From Deltaproteobacteria bacterium (GTDB lineage Bacteria; Myxococcota; Kuafuiibacteriia; Kuafuiibacteriales; Kuafuiibacteriaceae): a DNA stretch of 64,000 bases. Location: positions 384,001 through 448,000 of the forward strand of contig JAVJQW010000057.1 of NCBI GenBank assembly GCA_040218735.1, written 5' to 3'. The stretch's first letter is position 1. Each line of letters opens with the position of its first letter. Shown here one piece after another: positions 58,849 to 64,000 of the stretch. The position numbers and the translations under genes were made by a program. Under the pieces are notes generated by a model. That model was not told the DNA's origin. It did no database searches and saw only the letters and a program-made list of their open reading frames with translations.

Positions 58849-59292
58849 CTACCGAGCAGCGAGCCATTCGGGCGCGAGAATCTTCACGGGCACCACGACC
58901 ACGTCGAAGCGCTCCCGGTCGAAGGGGACGGCCGTGAGGGCCTGGGTGATGCAGGACGCCAGGAGCTGCTGACCGGGCCGACTCGCCCGGACCACCCGCA
59001 CGATCGGCTGGCGCGTCCCGGGCCGCGCGCGGACCGTGAGGTCGAAGTCGGCGAGCCCGGAGCCCACGCCGCTGAGGACCTCCGACAGGTAACACTGCTC
59101 CACCGCCGCGCTGCGCCGCTCGACGTGGTCGTGGACCATCTGCGTGAAGACCTCTTCGGGCGTCGGCGCCCGGGCCGGCGGCGTCGCCTCCACCGTGGTG
59201 GAGGCGGGGGGTGAGGCGTCGGGCGGTGACGTCGTCGCACAGGCGGCCACGAAAACCCACGCGAGCGTCAGCGGACGGATCGACCCAGTCAT
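58849..59292 (-). CDS. Small lipoprotein with an AgmX/PglI-like (TonB-C-like) domain
   Basis: Lipobox VAAC, Pro-rich linker, and AVEQCY..LASCITQAL..VPF..VVVP. Confidence 0.6.
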   Translation of the reverse strand: MTGSIRPLTLAWVFVAACATTSPPDASPPASTTVEATPPARAPTPEEVFTQMVHDHVERRSAAVEQCYLSEVLSGVGSGLADFDLTVRARPGTRQPIVRVVRASRPGQQLLASCITQALTAVPFDRERFDVVVVPVKILAPEWLAAR

Positions 59293-59351
59293 CGATCCCA
59301 AGGTGCCCACCGCGATCGGTGACGTTCAGCGCGTGCGAGCGCGCACGGGAC

Positions 59352-60239
59352 TCACAGCGCCGGGAGCGCCGCGCGGGCGGCTTCGTACTCCGCCTTCAGG
59401 TCACCCACGATGTCTGCGATGGGTTTCACGGCGCGGACCTCGGCGACGCCCTGCCCCGCGCTCCAGATGTCCTTCCATCGCTTCGCGCCGGAGGGGCTGC
59501 GGTCGGGCGTCTGGCCCTCGGGCACCGTGGACGCGATGAAGTTCGCGTGAATGCCGCTCACCTGGTCCGTGTAGACGATGTCCTCCGGTCCGGACTCGAC
59601 GACCTTCGCCTTGTAGTCGTCGCTCGCGCCGCACTCGGCCGACGCGATGAACCGCGTGCCGACGTAAGCGAGCTCGGCGCCGAGCGCGAGGCTCGCGACG
59701 ATCTGACGCCCGGTCGAGATGCACCCGGCGGCGATGATGGGGACGGACAGGTTCTCGCGGAGGTACGGCACCAAGGCGTAGGGCGAGATGCGCCCCGCGT
59801 GTCCGCCGGCGCCCGCCGCGACGCCGATGATCGCGTCGACCCCGGCGGCCTCCGCCTTCTTGGCGTGCCGAAGGTTCACGACGTCGTGAAAGACGATCGC
59901 CCCGCGCTCGTGCGCGACCTTCGCGATCTCCGTCGGGTTGCCGTAGCTCGTGATCAGGACCGGGACCTCGTACTTCAGGCACAGCTCGAAGTCGGCCTTC
60001 AGGCGATCGGGGTCGGTGAGCCCGATGGTCATGTTGATGCCGAAGGGCTTCGACGTCCGCTCGCGGATCCAGCGCAGGTCCTCCTCGAGCTTCTCGGCGG
60101 TGCGGGCGTTGAGCGACGGCATCGACCCGAGGATCCCGGCTTCGGCGGCGGCGACGATCATCTCGCGGTTGGAGATGAGGAACATGGGTGCGGCGACGAC
60201 CGGGAACTCGAGCCCGATCCTCTCGGCGAGGGGCGTCAT
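59352..60239 (-). CDS. Nitronate monooxygenase / FabK-like FMN-dependent oxidoreductase
   Basis: PVVAAPMF, PFGIN, AGAGGHAG, IIAAGCI, AYVGTRFIA and IWSAGQG. Confidence 0.9.
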   Translation of the reverse strand: MTPLAERIGLEFPVVAAPMFLISNREMIVAAAEAGILGSMPSLNARTAEKLEEDLRWIRERTSKPFGINMTIGLTDPDRLKADFELCLKYEVPVLITSYGNPTEIAKVAHERGAIVFHDVVNLRHAKKAEAAGVDAIIGVAAGAGGHAGRISPYALVPYLRENLSVPIIAAGCISTGRQIVASLALGAELAYVGTRFIASAECGASDDYKAKVVESGPEDIVYTDQVSGIHANFIASTVPEGQTPDRSPSGAKRWKDIWSAGQGVAEVRAVKPIADIVGDLKAEYEAARAALPAL

Positions 60240-60329
60240 GTCGGCGGTTTACTGCGCCGAGACCGAAGAGGACCAGCCCGGACGCTCGGCCGAGGCGCTT
60301 TTGGGTGAAATCCAGGTAGCCTGTCGTCC

Positions 60330-62318
60330 GTGCGTCGCTGTGGTGTGTTCCTGCTGCTCGCCCTCGGGTGTTCTTCCTCCGACGAGGTGATGCGTCGGCC
60401 GACCGAGGTCGAGGTGTTCACCCACACGACCGCGACGGCGCAGACCGGGCTCGCCACCGGTGAGTACACGACGCCCGCGCTCACGTACGGGTCGATCCCC
60501 GTCGAAGCGAAGTTCGAGCACGTCCTGAACTTCCGCGTCACGCCGATGCTCCCGCCGCACCGGGAAGCGCTGCGCACGAACGGGCCGCTGATACTCATCG
60601 CCGATGACGGTGACGCGCTCGTCTTCTCACCGCTCGATCACTTCTACGTGAGCCTGGTGTGGTTCGAGGACGGCGCGATCCACTACGGCATCGAAGGTGA
60701 GGTCGACACGGTGCCGGCCGGGATGACCCACCGCTTCGTGATGGTCACCGGGTACGGCGTGAACGCGACGGTCGGAGCGTGGGGCGCGCACCTTCGCGCC
60801 GACCGCGGGACGTCGGCGCCGGACCGCTACGCCGACCGCGGGCTGAGCCACCTCGGGTATTGGACCGACAACGGCGCGTACTACTACTACGACACCGAGC
60901 CGGGGATGAACGAAGAGGACACGATGCTCGCCGTGAAAGAGGAGGCGGATCGTATCGGCGTCCCGTACGGGTACCTGCAGCTCGACTCGTGGTGGTACTT
61001 CAAGGCGCCCGGCAGCGGCCTCAACCCGTGGGGCGGCGTGACGAGCTGGACGCCGCAGCCCGAGATGTTCCCGTCGGGGTTGGAGTCGTTCCAGCAGCGG
61101 CTCGGTCTGCCGCTCATCCTGCACAACCGATGGTTCGCGGTGGAGAACGACTACCGAGACGACTACGACTTCGTCGACGACGAAGGTCCGATGATGGCGC
61201 TGCCCGCCGACCGCGCGGTGTTCGACGCGTTGATGGACGACGCCGTTCGGTGGGGCGCGTTCACCTACGAGCAGGACTGGCTCATCCCGCAGTACTGGGG
61301 CGTGCCGCACCTGAGGAACGGCGTCGGCAAGGCGGCGCGTTGGATGAACGACATCGACGAGGCCGCGCGCGACAAGGGCCTTACGACACAGATCACGATG
61401 CCGGGAGCTTCGCACTTGATGGACGTAGTGGACCGGCCGTCGGTGACCACGATCCGGACGTCGATCGACTACTCGGCGGAGGCGTCGAAGGCCGGCTTCT
61501 GGCCGCAGTTCCACACGGTGAACATGCTCGCGGGCGCCCTCGGGGTGTGGCCGTTCAAGGACAACTTCCACTCGGCGGAGAAGTGGGGTGAGGCGGAGGC
61601 GCTGATCAGCATCCTCTCGGCCGGGATGGTCGGCGTCGGCGACGGGCTCGGACGCACGAAGGTGGACCTCGTGATGGCGACGGCGCGCGCCGACGGGCTG
61701 CTCCTGAAGCCGGACCGCCCCGCGACGCCGATCGATGCGATGTTCCTGGAGCACGCGCGCCCGTACATCACGTCGACGTGGTCGGACCGCCCGGGCGTCG
61801 GGCGGTGGCACTACGTCGCGGCGTACCACATCGATCGCACCGACGAGGACCAGGTCGCGCTGGACGATCTGTTTGCGGCGTTCGGTTACGACGGCATCCC
61901 GCTCGCGAAGATGTTCGTGCTGCCGGAGAAGATCACGAGCTGGGGCCTATCGCTCTCGGAGCTGCGCGCCGAGGACGAGCGGATGGTCGCGTACGACTGG
62001 CGCGCGAAGACGGCGCGCGTCGTCGAGTCCGTTTCGTTGCCCGCGACGTCCTCGCCTTATGATCACAGCTACCATGTGCTCGCGCCCATCCTCGACGGCG
62101 ACTGGGCGCTGATCGGAGAGACCGCCAAGTTCGTGACCGTGGCGGACGAACGTTTCGAGTCGATTGTCCCCAACGGTGATTCGCTGGACGTCGAGGTCGT
62201 CGGCGTCGCAGGCGAAGCGCTGACGATCGCGGCGTACGACGCGGACGCGGAGCAGATCGTCACGCGGGACGTGACGATCGACGCGCAGGGCCGCGGCCGC
62301 GTCACGTTCACACGATGA
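60330..62318 (+). CDS. Lipoprotein with a putative glycoside-hydrolase-like TIM barrel
   Basis: Lipobox ALGC. GYWTDNGAYYYY, YLQLDSWWY, MFPSGL, YEQDWL, IRTSIDY and GMVGVGD are spaced like clan GH-D (GH27/31/36) barrel motifs. Confidence 0.6.
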   Translation: MRRCGVFLLLALGCSSSDEVMRRPTEVEVFTHTTATAQTGLATGEYTTPALTYGSIPVEAKFEHVLNFRVTPMLPPHREALRTNGPLILIADDGDALVFSPLDHFYVSLVWFEDGAIHYGIEGEVDTVPAGMTHRFVMVTGYGVNATVGAWGAHLRADRGTSAPDRYADRGLSHLGYWTDNGAYYYYDTEPGMNEEDTMLAVKEEADRIGVPYGYLQLDSWWYFKAPGSGLNPWGGVTSWTPQPEMFPSGLESFQQRLGLPLILHNRWFAVENDYRDDYDFVDDEGPMMALPADRAVFDALMDDAVRWGAFTYEQDWLIPQYWGVPHLRNGVGKAARWMNDIDEAARDKGLTTQITMPGASHLMDVVDRPSVTTIRTSIDYSAEASKAGFWPQFHTVNMLAGALGVWPFKDNFHSAEKWGEAEALISILSAGMVGVGDGLGRTKVDLVMATARADGLLLKPDRPATPIDAMFLEHARPYITSTWSDRPGVGRWHYVAAYHIDRTDEDQVALDDLFAAFGYDGIPLAKMFVLPEKITSWGLSLSELRAEDERMVAYDWRAKTARVVESVSLPATSSPYDHSYHVLAPILDGDWALIGETAKFVTVADERFESIVPNGDSLDVEVVGVAGEALTIAAYDADAEQIVTRDVTIDAQGRGRVTFTR

Positions 62319-62375
62319 CCGTCACACCGGGTTGACCTATCGCCATGCGGTGAGCCGCGCTCTAGGCTCGCCGCG

Positions 62376-63239
62376 ATGATCGCCTCGCTGCTCCTCGCAA
62401 CGCTGGCCGCGACCGACCCCCAGGTGGTGGCGGTGTTCGACGTCCGCGACGAACGCCCGGCGGCCGAACGTCTGGACGACCCGACGCTTTCGAGCCTGAC
62501 GACCTACCTCGGCACGCTCCTCACGAAGAGCGGCCAGTATCGCGTCGTCCCGTCCTCCGAGCTGCAACGTGCCTTGCGCGACGCGAAGCGCGAGTCGTTC
62601 GAGGCGTGTTACGACGAACGTTGCCAGATCGAGATCGGCAAGGCGCTCGCGGCGCAGCTGTCGCTGCAGACGAGCATCGGTCGCGTGGGTTCGTCGTGTG
62701 TGCTGACGTCGCGGCTCTTCGACCTGCGGGAGGAGGCGACGGTGCGCGCGGCGTCGCATCGCGGCGATTGCTCCGACGACGCGCTGACGAATGGCGTCGA
62801 GCACCTCGTGAACGAGCTGGTGAACGGCGCGTCGACCGAGCCACCCCCGACGGTGACGTCGAAGATGACGCTCCAGCTGAACGGCATCGAAGCCACGCGC
62901 GCTGCGTTCGCCGGCGAGGACGCTGCGTGGAACGCGCACCTCCAACGCGTGCGCACCGAGCTCGACGACGACGACGTCCGCCTCTACCTCGGCTCCGGCC
63001 TGACCTACGCGACGTGGGCGAAGAAGACGAACGACGCGTCGGAGTCCGTGGTGCTGGAGATCGTGAAGTGGGCGAGCACGGCGCTGTCGGTCGTGGCGCT
63101 CGGAGTGCTGGTGTTCGACGAGAGCTCGCGCGACGCGGCAGGGTTCTGGCTCGGCACGACGACCCTCGCCTTCGGTCCCGCGCTGCTCTCCTGGACGTTC
63201 GATCTCGTGAACGTCGGCGACGTCCCCACCGACCTCTGA
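62376..63239 (+). CDS. Secreted/membrane protein with a CsgG/TolB-N-like N-terminal domain and C-terminal TM helices
   Basis: Signal peptide; VVAVFDV..ACYDERCQIEIGKALAA..SIGRVGSSCVLTSRLFDL; two hydrophobic C-terminal segments. Confidence 0.65.
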   Translation: MIASLLLATLAATDPQVVAVFDVRDERPAAERLDDPTLSSLTTYLGTLLTKSGQYRVVPSSELQRALRDAKRESFEACYDERCQIEIGKALAAQLSLQTSIGRVGSSCVLTSRLFDLREEATVRAASHRGDCSDDALTNGVEHLVNELVNGASTEPPPTVTSKMTLQLNGIEATRAAFAGEDAAWNAHLQRVRTELDDDDVRLYLGSGLTYATWAKKTNDASESVVLEIVKWASTALSVVALGVLVFDESSRDAAGFWLGTTTLAFGPALLSWTFDLVNVGDVPTDL

Positions 63240-63300
63240 CCCCACCCTCGTGCCTCGAAGCGCCTGAAATCGTTGCCGACTTGTGTTTCAGGCTTATTGC

Positions 63301-63351
63301 TAATGAGAATCATTCCCAACAAGCTTGATCCTGAGAATCATTCTCATTATC
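63301..63351. promoter_or_regulatory. Two Fur-box-like operators
   Basis: TGAGAAT-C-ATTCCCA (63304-63318) and the perfect 7-1-7 palindrome TGAGAAT-C-ATTCTCA (63332-63346), in an AT-rich patch before a TonB receptor gene. Confidence 0.85.
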
Positions 63352-63360
63352 AACAATACC

Positions 63361-64000
63361 ATGGCGTCGACGCTGTGGTTCCTCGTGGCGACGGCCACCG
63401 TCGCGCCCGAGGCCATCGAGCAGATCGTCGTCACGGGCTCCCGCATCGCGGAGACCGAGGACGACGCGCCGGTGCGCGTCGAGGTCGTCACGCGGGAGCG
63501 CATCGAGCAGTCCGGCTCCGAGTCCGTCGCCGAGCTCCTCGAGGAGCACGGCGGCGTGCAGATCGATCGATCGTTCCGCGGCGCGACCGTCGAGATGCAG
63601 GGCCTGTCCTCGGAGTACGTGCTCGTCCTCGTCGACGGGCAGCGGGCGATCGGACGGACGGACGACGCGATCGATCTCAGCCGCTTCCCCGTAGACCGCG
63701 TCGAGCGCATCGAGCTCGTCAAGGGCGCGAGCTCCGCGCTCTACGGCGCCGACGCGCTGGGCGGCGTCATCAACATCATCACCCGCGGCGCCGACCGGCC
63801 CCTCGAAGCCGCCGCCCGCCTCGCCTACGGTCGCTTCGACACCCTCGACCTCGCGGGCCACGTCGCGGGGCACGCCGGTCCGTTCGAGCTTCGACTCTCC
63901 GCCGGGTGGCACCGCGCCGACGCCTACGACCTGAGCCCGGAGGATCCGGGGACGACCGGCAGCGCGTTCGACACCGTCGAGGTCGACGGGCGCGCCGACT
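63361..64000 (+). CDS. TonB-dependent outer-membrane receptor (partial, runs off the right edge)
   Basis: Not in the ORF track. My translation shows TonB box EQIVVTGSR and plug motifs VLVLVDGQR and VERIELVKGASSALYGADALGGVINIITR. Confidence 0.93.
   Translation, partial: MASTLWFLVATATVAPEAIEQIVVTGSRIAETEDDAPVRVEVVTRERIEQSGSESVAELLEEHGGVQIDRSFRGATVEMQGLSSEYVLVLVDGQRAIGRTDDAIDLSRFPVDRVERIELVKGASSALYGADALGGVINIITRGADRPLEAAARLAYGRFDTLDLAGHVAGHAGPFELRLSAGWHRADAYDLSPEDPGTTGSAFDTVEVDGRAD

Noticed and set aside
1-64000. tRNA, rRNA, IS elements, integrase or prophage genes
   Set aside because: None recognised by eye and composition looks uniform. A tRNAscan/Infernal run would be needed to exclude small RNAs.

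Overview
This is a gene-dense, very GC-rich bacterial window with about 42 genes. Lipoproteins with DAG/DGG linkers, DUF4215-type Cys repeats, a MYXO-CTERM-like tail and an AgmX/PglI-like protein point to Myxococcota (inference). I found no rRNA, tRNA, CRISPR array or mobile element. The core metabolic block is a divergent B12-mutase cluster (icmF followed by an orphan kaiB on the minus strand; mutA-mutB-meaB on the plus strand). Most of the rest encodes secreted or surface hydrolases and transporters, as expected of a predatory or saprophytic lifestyle, and the window ends in a TonB receptor preceded by Fur-like boxes. The most promising unexplained elements are: (1) a SycD/LcrH-like TPR chaperone gene overlapping a signal-less protein with a Gly-rich beta-strand C-terminus, plus three other dispersed effector-like proteins (a peptidoglycan-binding enzyme candidate, a 1436-aa ABC1 kinase with altered UbiB motifs, and a helical Ala/Gly-rich protein); (2) a symmetric 7-6-7 GAYTCG array in frame behind an amber stop; (3) a 72-aa secreted peptide with a sigma54-like promoter; (4) a CTG-initiated Cys-rich SCEGH protein; (5) a porin coupled to a giant PHP lipoprotein; (6) a Zn-peptidase/ATP-grasp ligase pair. 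All family calls come from reading motifs by eye; no searches were run.
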